NCBI RefSeq assembly: GCF_006345805.1 | Contig: NC_043007.1 | Coordinates: 50,778,001-50,842,000 of the forward strand | Length of the DNA stretch: 64,000 nucleotides | Origin: Octopus sinensis | Taxonomy: Eukaryota | Direction: 5' to 3' | Shown here: piece by piece, positions 26,880-40,628 of the stretch | Layout of the letters: every line of letters begins with the position of its first letter | How positions within the stretch are numbered: position 1 is the stretch's first letter | Notes under the pieces: model-generated | Told to the model about the DNA's origin: nothing | Database searches by the model: none | The model's input: the letters and a program-made list of their open reading frames with translations, nothing else | Made by a program: the position numbers and the translations under genes

Positions 26880-27250
26880 GGCACAAGAATGGCTATGTTT
26901 AAGAAGACAGCTCAACAAACAAGTGCTTTCGGGTTCAGTTCCACTGCAGGGAACCTTGGGCAAATATCTTCTAAGATAGGCCCGTGGTGACCAATGCCTT
27001 AGTAGTGGATTTGGTAGATGGAAACTGTGTGAACGGCTATCTTCTATATCTACATATAGTTGTGTGTGTGTGTGTGTGTGTGTGTGTATTAGCGTCTGTA
27101 TTTATCTCAAAATCACCACCAAACAACTCGAGCTTATTTGTTTTATGACCAACGTTACTTAACGTTTCGGCAAAATTGACTGACAGAATAAGTATCAAAC
27201 TTTAAAGAAAACTAGATACTAGGTTTAATTTGCTTGACTGAACGAAATAA
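26880..27250 (+). mobile_element. SINE family A, diverged, with an expanded internal (GT)n
   Basis: Head ...gggttcagttccactgc...ccttgggcaaatatcttc...gtggatttggtagatggaaactg, then a (GT)n tract, then ...tttcggcaaaa...cagaataagtatc. Confidence 0.65.
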
Positions 27251-28094
27251 GCGATAAAATATTTCCCACATCACTAGTATACATGACACGCACTACGCCT
27301 ATAGCTGGCTATTTCAAAAGGGGTTGTGCGGCGGGCGTGACTGAGGACAAGCATTAGCATTTTCAGCCCTCATCAACTCTCTCTCCAAGTTCCGTTGGAG
27401 AGATTGCGAGTAGAGATAGACAGAGAAAGAGTGAGCAAGACAGAGACAGAGAGAGAGGTGGGTGCTACCCACCACAAAATTTGTTGGTAATGAGTGAAAA
27501 TGGCGAGCAACGACCACTTTCATTATGACTCTATAGGCCAGTGCGTGAAAGCTAGGACCCGACATTTGTCTTGGTAGCCAAGGTAATCAATCCTGGCAAA
27601 AATGGTTAGGGTGTATTTCTCTACGCTAACCATGCAGCCGTAGATTGGAGAACAACAGTTGAGTGAGTCCTAGTGATTTGGCGGTCAAGGTAAACCTGGA
27701 TGTGTGGAATTCCTTAATTGGCCCTAGTTGAAGTTTCTCCACTACCAAGAGGACTGCCATCAGTCGTTTTCACACATACTTTGTATACCACCTATACTCT
27801 TATCGCATTTTACTGTCCTTTCCGTTTCTTTCTCATCTTTTATGTACCCCCGCCACAAGCATTGTTGACATTCCTTCTGATGTCCTCCTCATCTTTGCTC
27901 CTGCGTCTAATAAAAGTAGTTGTTATTATTATTCTACTTTTTCTTCTTCTTCTTCTTTGAATTCCGGGGTTCGATAAATAAAGAATCAGTCAAGAACTAA
28001 GGTCAATATAATTAACTTATCCCACACCCCAAAACCTGTTTTCTTTATGCCACAATTTAAAACTATTATTATTATTACTATTACTATTATTATT

Positions 28095-28430
28095 AAGGCG
28101 GCGAGTTGGCAGAAACGTTAGCGCGCCGGGCAAAATACTCTGCGATATTTCGTCTGTCATTACGTTCTGAGTACAAATTCCACCGAGATCGACTTTGCCT
28201 TTCATACTTTCGGGGTCGATAAATTAAGTACCAGTTGCGTACGGGGGTCGATCTAATCGACTGCCCCCCCCTACCCAAATTTCAGGCCTTGTGCCTATAG
28301 TAAAAAGGATTATTATTTCCGCCGAGGTCGACTTTGCCTTTCATCCTTTCGGGGTCGATAAGTACCAATTATACACTGGGTCAATATAATCGACTAGCCC
28401 CCACCCCAAAAATTTCAGGCCCAGAAAGGA
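28095..28430 (+). mobile_element. SINE family B plus a tandem partial 3-prime copy
   Basis: aaggcggcgagttggcagaaacgttagc...aaattccaccgag..., followed by a second ccgccgaggtcgactttgcc...aaaatttcaggcc. Confidence 0.85.
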
Positions 28431-28656
28431 TTATTATTGTCATTATTATCATTGTGTTTGTTGTTGTTGTTGTTAACGTTGTTGTTGTTGTTGTTGTTGT
28501 TGTCGTTGTTGCTGGTGTAGTTATTCAACTAAAAATATTGCTAATTAACATCTTATGGCAAGAACAAGGTTATATCACTTGTTTAAGTCACACTTTGGCA
28601 GTGCACCGTGTGTTTTGATAATGATTATAAAACCAGCTGTACGCCTAAATGATCAG

Positions 28657-28695
<39 letters not shown>

Positions 28696-29718
28696 GTGTG
28701 TGTGTGTGTGTATTAGCGTCTGTATTTATCTCAAAATCACCACCAAACAACTCGAGCTTATTTGTTTTATGACCAACGTTACTTAACGTTTCGGCAAAAT
28801 TGACTGACAGAATAAGTATCAAACTTTAAAGAAAACTAGATACTAGGTTTAATTTGCTTGACTGAACGAAATAAGCGATAAAATATTTCCCACATCCCTA
28901 GTATACATGACACGCACTACGCCTATAGCTGGCTATTTCAAAAGGGGTTGTGCGGCGGGCGTGACTGAGGACAAGCATTAGCATTTTCAGCCCTCATCAA
29001 CTCTCTCTCCAAGTTCCGTTGGAGAGATTGCGAGTAGAGATAGACAGAGAAAGAGTGAGCAAGACAGAGACAGAGAGAGAGGTGGGTGCTACCCACCACA
29101 AAATTTGTTGGTAATGAGTGAAAATGGCGAGCAACGACCACTTTCATTATGACTCTATAGGCCAGTGCGTGAAAGCTAGGACCCGACATTTGTCTTGGTA
29201 GCCAAGGTAATCAATCCTGGCAAAAATGGTTAGGGTGTATTTCTCTACGCTAACCATGCAGCCGTAGATTGGAGAACAACAGTTGAGTGAGTCCTAGTGA
29301 TTTGGCGGTCAAGGTAAACCTGGATGTGTGGAATTCCTTAATTGGCCCTAGTTGAAGTTTCTCCACTACCAAGAGGACTGCCATCAGTCGTTTTCACACA
29401 TACTTTGTATACCACCTATACTCTTATCGCATTTTACTGTCCTTTCCGTTTCTTTCTCATCTTTTATGTACCCCCGCCACAAGCATTGTTGACATTCCTT
29501 CTGATGTCCTCCTCATCTTTGCTCCTGCGTCTAATAAAAGTAGTTGTTATTATTATTCTACTTTTTCTTCTTCTTCTTCTTTGAATTCCGGGGTTCGATA
29601 AATAAAGAATCAGTCAAGAACTAAGGTCAATATAATTAACTTATCCCACACCCCAAAACCTGTTTTCTTTATGCCACAATTTAAAACTATTATTATTATT
29701 ACTATTACTATTATTATT

Positions 29719-30056
29719 AAGGCGGCGAGTTGGCAGAAACGTTAGCGCGCCGGGCAAAATACTCTGCGATATTTCGTCTGTCATTACGTTCTGAGTACAA
29801 ATTCCACCGAGATCGACTTTGCCTTTCATACTTTCGGGGTCGATAAATTAAGTACCAGTTGCGTACGGGGGTCGATCTAATCGACTGCCCCCCCCCCTAC
29901 CCAAATTTCAGGCCTTGTGCCTATAGTAAAAAGGATTATTATTTCCGCCGAGGTCGACTTTGCCTTTCATCCTTTCGGGGTCGATAAGTACCAATTATAC
30001 ACTGGGTCAATATAATCGACTAGCCCCCACCCCAAAAATTTCAGGCCTAGAAAGGA
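29719..30056 (+). mobile_element. SINE family B plus partial copy (duplicate of 28095-28430)
   Basis: Within the 1.6-kb duplication. Confidence 0.85.
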
Positions 30057-30282
30057 TTATTATTGTCATTATTATCATTGTGTTTGTTGTTGTTGTTGTT
30101 AACGTTGTTGTTGTTGTTGTTGTTGTTGTCGTTGTTGCTGGTGTAGTTATTCAACTAAAAATATTGCTAATTAACATCTTATGGCAAGAACAAGGTTATA
30201 TCACTTGTTTAAGTCACACTTTGGCAGTGCACCGTGTGTTTTGATAATGATTATAAAACCAGCTGTACGCCTAAATGATCAG

Positions 30283-30329
<47 letters not shown>

Positions 30330-30660
30330 GTGTGTGTGTGTGTGTGTGTGCATGCAGGCGCACGTGTATGTTATATTAGTGTCTGTACACTTGTAAGTGT
30401 ATAGATACGCACAAACACATACACACCCAAACAATTGTATATGCATGTACATAAATGTACACGTGTAAATATATATATATACATTGTTGAGGCTAATGTC
30501 ATTGTTGTTGTTTTGGATTACTGTAACATTCTTAAATCTTTTGTCGATATACGTAATACTTACACATATATTCAACTGTGAAGATATATATATACTAATA
30601 CAATTGTTTGTTTGTATTCCACCTGCCTTCGTCTTTTGTTTATTTTCATAAAGCTTCCCG

Positions 30661-30709
<49 letters not shown>

Positions 30710-30719
30710 TGTGTGTATG

Positions 30720-30760
<41 letters not shown>

Positions 30761-30843
30761 TATATATGTATATATATTTATATATATATATGTATGTATG
30801 TATATGTATGTATATACGAAGATCTTATTCGAGTTGTTGTATG

Positions 30844-30903
<60 letters not shown>

Positions 30904-32193
30904 GGAAGAAAGAGATAGAACCCTGTGTTTTTGTATAGTGGCGATTGGGAAAAGTAATCATTTTATTTTGACAAACAGGTAGATAGAGAGATACATATGT
31001 TATTGAACTAATTCAAATTTACTCTGAAAATGATTTGATATACAAGTGTAAAAAGTATACCTGATGCATTGTTTCTTTTCATCATTATTATATTACATCA
31101 TTATATGATAAAATATATTTTATAATAATAAAATATTTTGTTTTAAATGTTGCATATTTTTTTAGATAAAACAATGTGTTACACCTTTTATATATATTTG
31201 TGCATACATATAACATTGTATATTCTTTTAAAAGTTCTATATTTTAAATTATAAATTATGTTTTAAACATTTTATATCTTACAAATAGGCGTTTTACAGA
31301 CTCAGAATATACTTTATGCTTTACAAGTATATTCTACTTTCTTGACATGAAAATTAAATATATTTTATGTGTTAACTGTTATATATTTTTAAAATAGAAA
31401 ACGGTTTCATGTTTAATACATATAAAAGTATTATTTTAGCATTATTTTATCTTATAACCTTTAAAATTTATTTTTTTATTCCGAAAGTTTTAACAGCAAA
31501 TACCATTGAGAATCACTCTATGCTATAAAGGATGCGTAAACGTTTTAGTCTCGGGGTAGCATGTATAAGAAGCTGTGAAGTCAGAGTATATGTGATGAGA
31601 AAAATATTGTTTTCATTAATAAATTCATCGGTGTGCAGATGAAGACAGAATTCAACTGTAATTACTATGTTATAGTGTATCAATTGAGCCAGTAATTAAA
31701 ATAGCTTATAGACAGAAACACCAAGATGCTTTCAAGTATAGCTAGTAATAAATAGAAGTTGAACCTCCCTGGTAAATATGAACTATTTTGCAAACTTGAT
31801 GGCTCCTGGCTAAAACGAAAGTGTTGCGTTAAAGTTACTTAATTAACACAACATGAACAAGAAATAATAATTTATTTTGTAATTATATATGCAATGACAG
31901 CTTGCACAGTTTGACTGAACGGACATATTTCTACAACATATTCAAACAGATATATCCATTACATAATAGTGAGCATTTCCATTTTTGTGTTAAATTAATA
32001 TAAATACATATATTGTAATATTTGATTATGTTAAACCATGTAATATTTTTTCTTTGTGTGTACTCCTGTAAGAACCAACATTTGTAACTGCAAATATGTT
32101 TTACTGTTTTGCTTCAGTAGGATTCTCAACTCTGGTCACTGTCCTCATATTTTAGTGGTTACTGATCCAAAATTCCAAATTACGGTGTTGATC

Positions 32194-35100
32194 TTTTATT
32201 TTATTTTAATTTAATATTTTATTTTATCTAGTTTCAGCTCACGAGCTGTGGCCATGCTGGGGCACCGCCATTCGGTGTTGCTACATGATTTTAGTTCACG
32301 AATGGGGGGATATTGAAGAGCTGTGGACCTCTGAAGCCCAGGCCATCACAGTATCTTGTCCTACATCTTGATGGCAAATTTGGAGTCCTTGGCACTATGC
32401 AGTGGCGTCTAGTTCTAGTATTTGTGTAACTCTCGATGCCAAAGTTTGGGACAAGTCCTTCCAGGATCTTCCAGATGTATATTATGGCATATCTTTCTTG
32501 CCAACGCTCTAAGGAATAGAGTCTTAATCTCTTGAGTCTTTCCCAATAGCTTATATGCTGCACAGAGGATATCTTCTTCGTGTAGCTTCGTTGGATCGCC
32601 TCAAGTTCTGTGATTAATTTGACACTGGTTGGTGACCATAGCTGAGAGCAATAGTCAAAGTGGCCTAGGACATGTGTCCTCCAGAGGACCATCATGGTTT
32701 CCTGGTCTCTTGTTCTAAAAGCTGTAAGAATCCATGCGGTGGGCCGCCTACATTTCATTGCCAATTTAGCAACATGCACATGAAAGGTTGCATCATTACT
32801 CATGTAAATACCCAGGTCTCGCACTGATTGTGCCTCTGGGATTGCAATCCCTCCAGGTCCAGTGTATTCATTGGGTATTGCATTTAGTTTTGCATGCTGA
32901 TAGCATAAAGCTTGAAACTGCATGCTATTCTTTTCAGCCCCCTTGTATATTTTCTCCAGCTCACATTGCAGGTGCATAGTATCTTCAGGGTTCTGTATTA
33001 CCTGCGAAACTTTTGTATTGTCTGCATAACTTGTGATCGCGGCTCTCTGCGTGGCTGAGGGCATGTCTGAGAGAGCTATTATGAACAGTAGTGGTCCCAA
33101 AACAGTGCCTTGCGGAACACCGCTCACTATTTGCGTGTTATTTGAGGTGGCCCCATTGGCTACTACCACTTGACTTCTATCCTTCAGAAAGTCATTAAGC
33201 CATTCTCCCAATTTTCCAACTATGCCAAGATCACGCAGTTTGTGACATATCGTTCCATGATCAACTTTGTCAAAGGCCTTTGCAAAGTCAAGATATATCA
33301 CTTCCACATTTGAGTGGTTGAGCAGTTGTTTCAGCACCCAGTCATAGTGTTGTAGGAGCTGAGTTAGGCAGCTTCTTCCTGATCGGAAACCATGTTGGGT
33401 GTCAGGCAGCAAGTTATTTTCTTCAAGGAAGGCGATTAGTTTCCTTCTGACTATTCGTTCCATGACCTTGCTTATGTGTGAGGTCAGAGAGATAGGTCTG
33501 TAGTTCTTGGCCTCCGCTCTGCTACCTCCTTTATGAATAGGGCATATTTTACCCGCCTTCAGTTTTCTTGGAAGTTTGCCAGTTGCAAGGAAGCTCTGAA
33601 AGAGGAACTGCAGTGGTCTTGCTAGGACTCTCTTACATATTTTTAGAAGGATTGCTGGGAATCCATCGGGGCCAGTAGCTGAGTTTGGGTTCATTTCATC
33701 TATAGTCTTTATTACATCGTCTTCCTTTATATTGATGTAATCAATCATCGTTGCCTCTGATTTTATATCTGCAGTGGTAAAGAAGTCAGTTGGATTGCTG
33801 ACTTGAAAATGCCCTAGGGGTGGAGTGAAAATACTCTTGAATTGCTCATTTAGTATTTCACTTATCCTCATTGGATTTCCTGTGAGTGTACCATCTTTTT
33901 CAAGGAGTGGCCCTATCCTACAGTGCACCGTAGCTGTTTCTTTGGCAAACTTGTAGAAAGCTCTGGGGTTAGATTTTATGTTGTCTATAGCCCAGGCTTC
34001 TTTGTCTGCTGTTTCTTTTTCATGGGAGAGTTGCAGACATTTTTCAATTTCCAGCAGTTTTATTTTCAAGCGGGACTTTTCACTGCTTTCAATTTGTTTG
34101 TTTAGGCGATTTGAAACTTTTGTACGCCGTCTCATAAGAATTTTCCTCTCTCTGGGGATTTTGTTCTTGTGTACAGTGGCCTTTCTCTCTAGGACACATT
34201 TGTAGCATATGGCTTGCATTACAGACATGAATTGTTGAAGTTTCATGTCGATGTCTGGCGAGGAGAGACATTTAGGCCAGTTTTGTTTGAGGATCTCTTT
34301 CTCAATTTGTTTCCAGTTTGCTTTATGGAAGTTCAAGCTGGAAAGATTCTGAGAGTTTCTTGTAGATTGCATGTCCATGCTTTCCTTTGGCCCGTACATG
34401 GTCAACTCTACCATGTTGTGATCCGAGAGTAGTGTCGGTGTCACTTTCACATTATGGATGATATCCATATTATTTGTGAAGCAGAGATTCAGTATGTTAC
34501 CTACCCTGGTTGGTTGGAGTATTATTTGCTCCATGTACAGAGTGTTGATGAGGTTCAGGAGGGGCCTCGCCTGTCCTCGTTCGCATCATGTCATTCTTGG
34601 GAGAGAAAGGCCCTCGGGCCATCTGACATTGGGCAGACTGAAGTCTCCCATAAGAAGTACACTTACGTGTCGTTCTAATGTGACTAGAACTTCTATTTTT
34701 GTAAGGCAGTCTTCAAACTTGCCTACATGACTGGAGGGCGATATGTAGCACATATAACTACACCGAGTTGCCTTATATGTACAATTAGTGTGTCACACAC
34801 CGAATTTGAGTATGACAAAAGGACCTGGGGTGAGAGGTCCTCGCATATGCACATAGCAACTCCACCATGACTCCTTTCTTTTCTGTCGGTCCGTAATACA
34901 ACATACTGTGGTATGTGTATTTCTGCATCTGCTATGTCCGGTTTCAGGTGTGTTTCCGTAAGTGTTATGCATAAGGCTTGGTTGCATGCAACAAGGTCTC
35001 TCAAGAAAGGGATTTTTGTCCTGTAACTGAGAGTTAGCAGTCCTCTGATGTTCAGTAGGAGCATCGAGTAGGAGTATGCTGTTGCCAGTGGTGTCCACCT

Positions 35101-35213
35101 TGGGTCTGTTTGCTGTGGTAGTCTTGTGTATTGTGGATAGTCTCATCTGTGAGTTTGAGTTTGATGGAGCCAGGTTAGCTGCTTGATAGAGCCAGGTTAG
35201 CTGATTATGTAAG
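32194..35213 (-). mobile_element. CR1-clade non-LTR retrotransposon, 5-prime truncated, with 3-prime UTR tail and (AAAAT)n end
   Basis: APE endonuclease (LLNIRGL, LTETHL, HGGVA, YRPP, MGDFS, PTR..NIL, SDHN) and RT (RPISLTS, QHGFRSGRSC, YLDFAKAFDKVDH, GVPQGTVLGPLLF, VRDLGI). C-terminal DYCSQLWSP...LEAIQR...LYSLERWQER is CR1-like. Confidence 0.93.
32291..35064 (-). pseudogene. CR1 ORF2 (endonuclease-reverse transcriptase), disrupted
   Basis: A 747-aa frame is open at 32291-34534, but there is a frameshift and stop between 34534 and 34723. The catalytic YADD reads YADN (33017-33028), and the C-terminus is cut short at GPQLFNIPPFVN*. Confidence 0.88.
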
Positions 35214-36119
35214 TTCTTTTAAATACATGATGAGTTTCACCAAGTACCCTTGCTTCGCCAGAAAACAGCGCCATAATGGTAAAATCGACCAACATTGAAA
35301 TCCTTCAACATTAAATTTCCTGCTAGTGAATATCTTATTTTCATCAAATTCTTATACGCATTACACCTAAATTCCATGGGTGAATAAGTAAGATACACAC
35401 AATTAAGGGTTTAGAATCTAGTTAACAGTTCAACAAGTTTACCTTGATTAAAGCAAAATGGTCTTTTGGAAATGTTACCTTAGATGGTGCATCGTCCATA
35501 ACCACACTGCTATGGTTCTCACGGGCTGAAATGAGACCATTTATTATTCTCTTGCCACCTTGTGTACACACAAAGTTTTAACAGTTCTTTGCATTCCTTA
35601 TATTCCATCAAATAACGATGTCGTCATTATATGCAAACGATCTGACTGAAAGTCATTCAGTCCACAGCGTTCCGCTTTCGTTCTAGAATAAACAATGTTC
35701 ATGTCCAAAGAATCATTCAGATACCAGATTCCAACTTCCTCTTTGGGTCACATCATTTCTAATGCTGTTTGAAACAAGACCACAAGAATTCTGTAAATAA
35801 TTTCTAAATAATCACCTGGTCAACCTTTAGAGTAACGATTCGGTAGTTTCTCTGCTCAAACTTACACATGAATTCTATGATGGGTCTTTGTGCAAGATGT
35901 ATGTAGAAAGTTAAGAGGAATGCAGACAATAAATGGTAAATGATATCTTGACTCGAGAAAGATAAAAAGGAGACGCAAAATGTGGCGGGATTTGAACTTA
36001 AAATATTTTGCGCCACTATATCATATCTGATCGTTGCACATAACAACAGGAACATTGGTCTCACCGAAGTTCAGTAAGCAAAATTATTCAGCTTATATTT
36101 GAGCGTGTGTATATGGACA

Positions 36120-36327
36120 GATGCATGCATTTATGCATGCATGTATGTATGTATGTATGTATGTATGTATGTATGTATGTATGTATGTATGTATGTATGT
36201 GTGTATGCATGTATGTATGTATGTATGTATGTATGTATGTATGTATGTATGTATGTTTGTATATTTGTATGTATGTATGCATGTATGTATGCATGCACGC
36301 ATGCATGTATGTATGTATGTATGTATG

Positions 36328-36361
<34 letters not shown>

Positions 36362-36375
36362 TGTATGTATGTATG
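36120..36375. repeat. (TATG)n microsatellite
   Basis: Direct reading. Confidence 0.95.
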
Positions 36376-37617
36376 TGTGCAATATTTGTGTGCATATGTG
36401 ACTTCATCCTTGTCTAAGTTTAGTGGTATAAAACGGTGTTATGCCCATTTGTATCAAATACATGACTAAACAATCTGATAAATAAAATTCACTATTTTAT
36501 GTACAAGATTGAAATATGTTGTTGATCGATGTGATCATTAAAAAACCATTGGATGTAGTCTTGCTCCAGCATGACCACGATGAAATTAATGAATTCGGTT
36601 AAAGGATAAAGAAAGTCAAGTAATAATTACAAAAGACAGCCAGTCAGTGAAAAGATTTACTAGAGAGGTTTATGATTGGTGGATATTTAGACCAGCCTTT
36701 TCGTGTTGACTTTAAACCGCATGACTATTTCGCCATTGTTTCCTCACAATCCAGCAGCGATAAAAGCCTGAGATTTAGACCAGCCTCCTGTGTAGCGAAC
36801 AGACGTTCCCAGAGGAGCACCATTGAATAAGAGCAATCTAGCAGGGATAAACTCGCAGACGTGTAAGGGAGTAGAGCGAGGTTTTGTTGCTTAGAATACA
36901 CCAGCAGAATTAATAAGTGGTTATTTGTGTGTGTGTGTGTGTGTGTGTGTTGTGTGTGTGTGTGTGTGTGTTTACATATATACACACACAAATATGTATG
37001 TGTTTATATATATATATGAGTGTGTGTGTGTGCGCGCGCGAGTGTGTGTGCGTGCGTGTGCGCGCATATGCCCGTAGTAAAAATACATGTTGTGGTATAA
37101 TGATTTTCATTTCCTCTCATCCTCTTTCTCTATATGTATTTCTCCCTCACCTCTATCCATCTCTATCTCTAACAATCTCTCCTCGCCTTTGATCTATCTA
37201 TCTAGCTTCTACCTATCTATCTACCATTCCTCTTAAAGCAATGTTATTAAATGAATAAACTGGCAAAGAGATAATTAAAATATGTCTATATATATGTATT
37301 TAATAGAAGAATAGTGCGTTCATTTCTATACAATGAAGACATGTTGAACGCTTATACACATACAGAAAACAAAATATTCTCTCACTGATGCGAAACTCAG
37401 AGAATTGTAACTTTAACTAATTCTTCCACAGGGATAATCATTCAGTTGAATTTAAGTGAAATGAATTGATGTTCCATCATTTGGGGACTTAACCAATTTG
37501 TGAATTTATAAGTAGTCCTAAGTAAAATTTGTTTTATTTTCAGCAAGGCGCTATTAATGCTTTGTTTAGTTTTGTTTTCCCCTGAAAGTTACTGTGGTAA
37601 ATATATTTATGTGCAAT

Positions 37618-37845
37618 TGCGTGGGCTGTTGAGTGATAGAATCGGAAGTAAAGCATCCGATTCAAATGTAGAATTTATTGAGTTAAATTCTTTATATTCT
37701 GATTTCAAATGGCACCGAGGTTGATTTTGCTTTTCATCATCGTGGAGGTCGATAAGATAAAAGAGCGGTCAAGTATAGAGGTTCGGATTTAATCGACGCA
37801 ACCCCTCCCATGAATTTTTTTAGCTTTGTGGCTCTACAAGAAATC
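37618..37845 (+). mobile_element. SINE family B, highly diverged
   Basis: ...caaatggcaccgaggttgattttgcttttcatcatcgtggaggtcgataag...aatcgac. Confidence 0.5.
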
Positions 37846-38216
37846 ATTATTACCCTAACAAGTATTTAAACTGTAAAGAGATCAGCTAACATTTTAATTT
37901 GCCCCAGCCTCACCCGTCTCCGTTTATATTAACCTCTCATCAACACTATCAACAAACCCAATTTGGTACCTGCAATAAATGTCACTGGCTTGCCATACCC
38001 ATTACATAGGAAAGTTGGAGATAGAAACCCAGCAAGTAAATCTAGAACACGTTGAAAATGATATCCTTGGTAAACTGCGATGGATTCAACAGTCAGACAT
38101 CAACAATAGAAAAAACTCAACAATGACAACCAAAGAAACAAACAAAATAAAAACAATATAATTGTTTCCTTCGTGACGGAATCACTTTGAATCGAATTAT
38201 ACGGGATGGGGGAGAT

Positions 38217-38270
<54 letters not shown>

Positions 38271-38502
38271 GCATGTGTGTGTGTGTGTTGTTGTTTTTTG
38301 TTATCTATTTTGTGCTTCATAAAATATTAAAGTACTCAATACACTGGTCTATGTTATAAATGACTACAGTAGGATTATATGGTAATCATGAAGTAAACAA
38401 AATTATCAGCTGGCGAATGTAATACTGTGCGAAAGGGCCAATGAGAGAGAAACCCTGGTTCGGATCACACACGCACAGACACACACAGGTGCATACATAT
38501 AC

Positions 38503-38555
<53 letters not shown>

Positions 38556-38619
38556 ATATATATATTGTATGTGATATATGTTTACATTTATACACATATA
38601 TGTATTACATATATCTTAC

Positions 38620-38664
38620 CGCCGTAATTCGGTCATATTTGATTCGTCTTCATCTATTTTGATA
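38620..38664 (-). CDS. Candidate 45-nt internal coding exon (xIKIDEDESNMTELRx, phase 2-2)
   Basis: Minus strand reads ttcgatttaagaatttcAG|tatcaaaat...ttacggcg|GTAAGA. Only one frame is open. Confidence 0.4.
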
Positions 38665-38730
38665 CTGAAATTCTTAAATCGAAGAAGATATTGTTCTACG
38701 ACAAATATAACTGTCATTCACAGACGACTG

Positions 38731-38773
<43 letters not shown>

Positions 38774-39438
38774 TCATTGATGCGAAAAGGATAACAAAAC
38801 AAATGCTTCAAGAGTGTAAAGAAAATATGTTCAGTCTACTACAAGTATATTTCGCATACAACACCTTTACAATTCCTCCTTTGCAGACATACATTTGGCC
38901 CTATGAATTAGTCGCTACAGGAGCTTAACAAGATAAATGGAATGACTCGTAAGCTATTGGAAATTTCTACACCAACAGGAATGTAAACTACATCCCCTTG
39001 TGAATTAGGGCCGACACGGTGTTAAACCTGTATTAACATTGTACGAGACCGGATTATAGCACTATGTAACATACCCAGCAGAGAAAATAACTCAGCGACA
39101 ATTATGTTCAAGGTTACAAGTACGAAATTAAAGAGACCATTAAGATAACTAAAGACATTATTAGGGTAGTTAATTAGGATAGCGAATAACCTTGAGTAGA
39201 TACATGAAATATAAGCTGACATGCATCTCTCTCCAAAGGATATTGGAAAATCCTAATTAAAATAGCAATATAAGAAGGTTGAACATGGATGCTTGACAAG
39301 AAAACCCGCTGGCCTCGAAGGTAATAAACCATACTAATAACCTGGTATAAAATGGTAACTAGTTTGCAACGGTTGGCCTTGAATGTACTTCTTTGTTTCC
39401 CAGGAAAAAGACAGAATTCATCAGCGAACAATATATAT

Positions 39439-39469
<31 letters not shown>

Positions 39470-39776
39470 AATCTTTTCCTCGTCTAGGCTTATAGGCCCT
39501 CATTATTTGTTTTCCTGTCCTGTTTCTATTCCTTCTTGTACTGTATTTTTGGTAATTGTATTTTTATTTTGTATTTGTTTTTAATTGTATTGTTTTTACG
39601 TCCTGTTTTTGTCACATTTGTTTCCTTGTTTTTACCCCTCTGCAAAGGAATTTTGTATATGTTTGTACGTATGCATATATTTTATTTATTACACTATTGT
39701 ATGACTGAGCGCCCTCGCGTCGATTCGATTCGATTCGTTTCGTTTCGTTTCTTCTTCTTCTCTAAGCTGGTTTATA

Positions 39777-39822
<46 letters not shown>

Positions 39823-40574
39823 CTAAGAAAAACCAAAACTGAAGGCAGTAACTATATGACTTTCAATATGAAATACTATTCTTCTGATGTTACTCCCCCA
39901 CAAGAAATGATGTAGTAGCCAGAGCTAGTTGCAATAGAATAAAGCTGATGAAACTAATGATGACCGTAACGACCGCTAAATCCACACAATATTGGTGGTA
40001 CCTAAGAATAAAAACAGCACACCAATTAAAATACAATCGACTTGGCATTTTTATCTGGGACCGCAAAGTGAAATAATGTTCTGTTGTGAAAGTCAGATGT
40101 CTACTTGACATCAATGTGACGAGAAAAAAGAGGAGGAAGAATCTGCAAACCCCAAACTCAAAAATTACTGTCAGAGATGAAAACGCGCGCGCGCACACAC
40201 ATACATACATACATACATACATACAAATAGATTTTCCTATTAGAAACACGCTAGGCAACAATCCAAGGAGGATCTGTGAAAAGTGTCTCAACTATTACTT
40301 CTGTGTTTGTTAGATGCTACTGTCCAGATGATAGCCTTCTTCCATCAAAGGGCATGTCAATGTCGTTGTCGACCTCTCTGCTTCTGTTGCCACCATCATC
40401 GCCGCCTCTTTGTCTCTAATATTCTGTCGTCTGCTTCTTTTAAATTCATGACGTCAGATTTCTCTGTCGCTGTACTGAGCTCTCGATATTTATAGTTATT
40501 GTTGTTGTTGTTGTTGTTGTTGTTGTAATACAGGTAAGTGGTTAGTTGTGGGTTTATTATGCCCGAGCTCTTAC

Positions 40575-40628
40575 CGTATCATTCCATCAATGTCATGCTG
40601 AGAAGCTGACGGCCATAAAAGCCTCCAT
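40575..40628 (-). CDS. Candidate 54-nt internal coding exon (xWRLLWPSASQHDIDGMIx, phase 2-2)
   Basis: Minus strand reads ggtggtcattTAG|atggagg...gatacg|GTAAGA. Strong donor, modest acceptor, one open frame, about 46% GC. Confidence 0.3.

Larger units (their letters stand above)
27088..30283. repeat. Near-identical tandem duplication, period 1624-1626 bp (27088-28657 and 28712-30283)
   Basis: ORF-track peptides repeat at +1624 and +1626. Only three differences were noticed: A/C at 27273/28897, a C8 versus C10 run, and C/T in ggcccagaa/ggcctagaa. (GT)n tracts lie at all three junctions. Confidence 0.95.

Noticed and set aside
35479-35525. Minus-strand 47-nt exon candidate with good splice sites
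   Set aside because: The only frame compatible with the upstream phase-2 candidates contains a stop. It was not included in the model, but cannot be excluded.
40525-40539. Plus-strand CAG|GTAAGT recursive-site motif
   Set aside because: It is preceded by (GTT)n rather than a pyrimidine tract and is consistent with chance.
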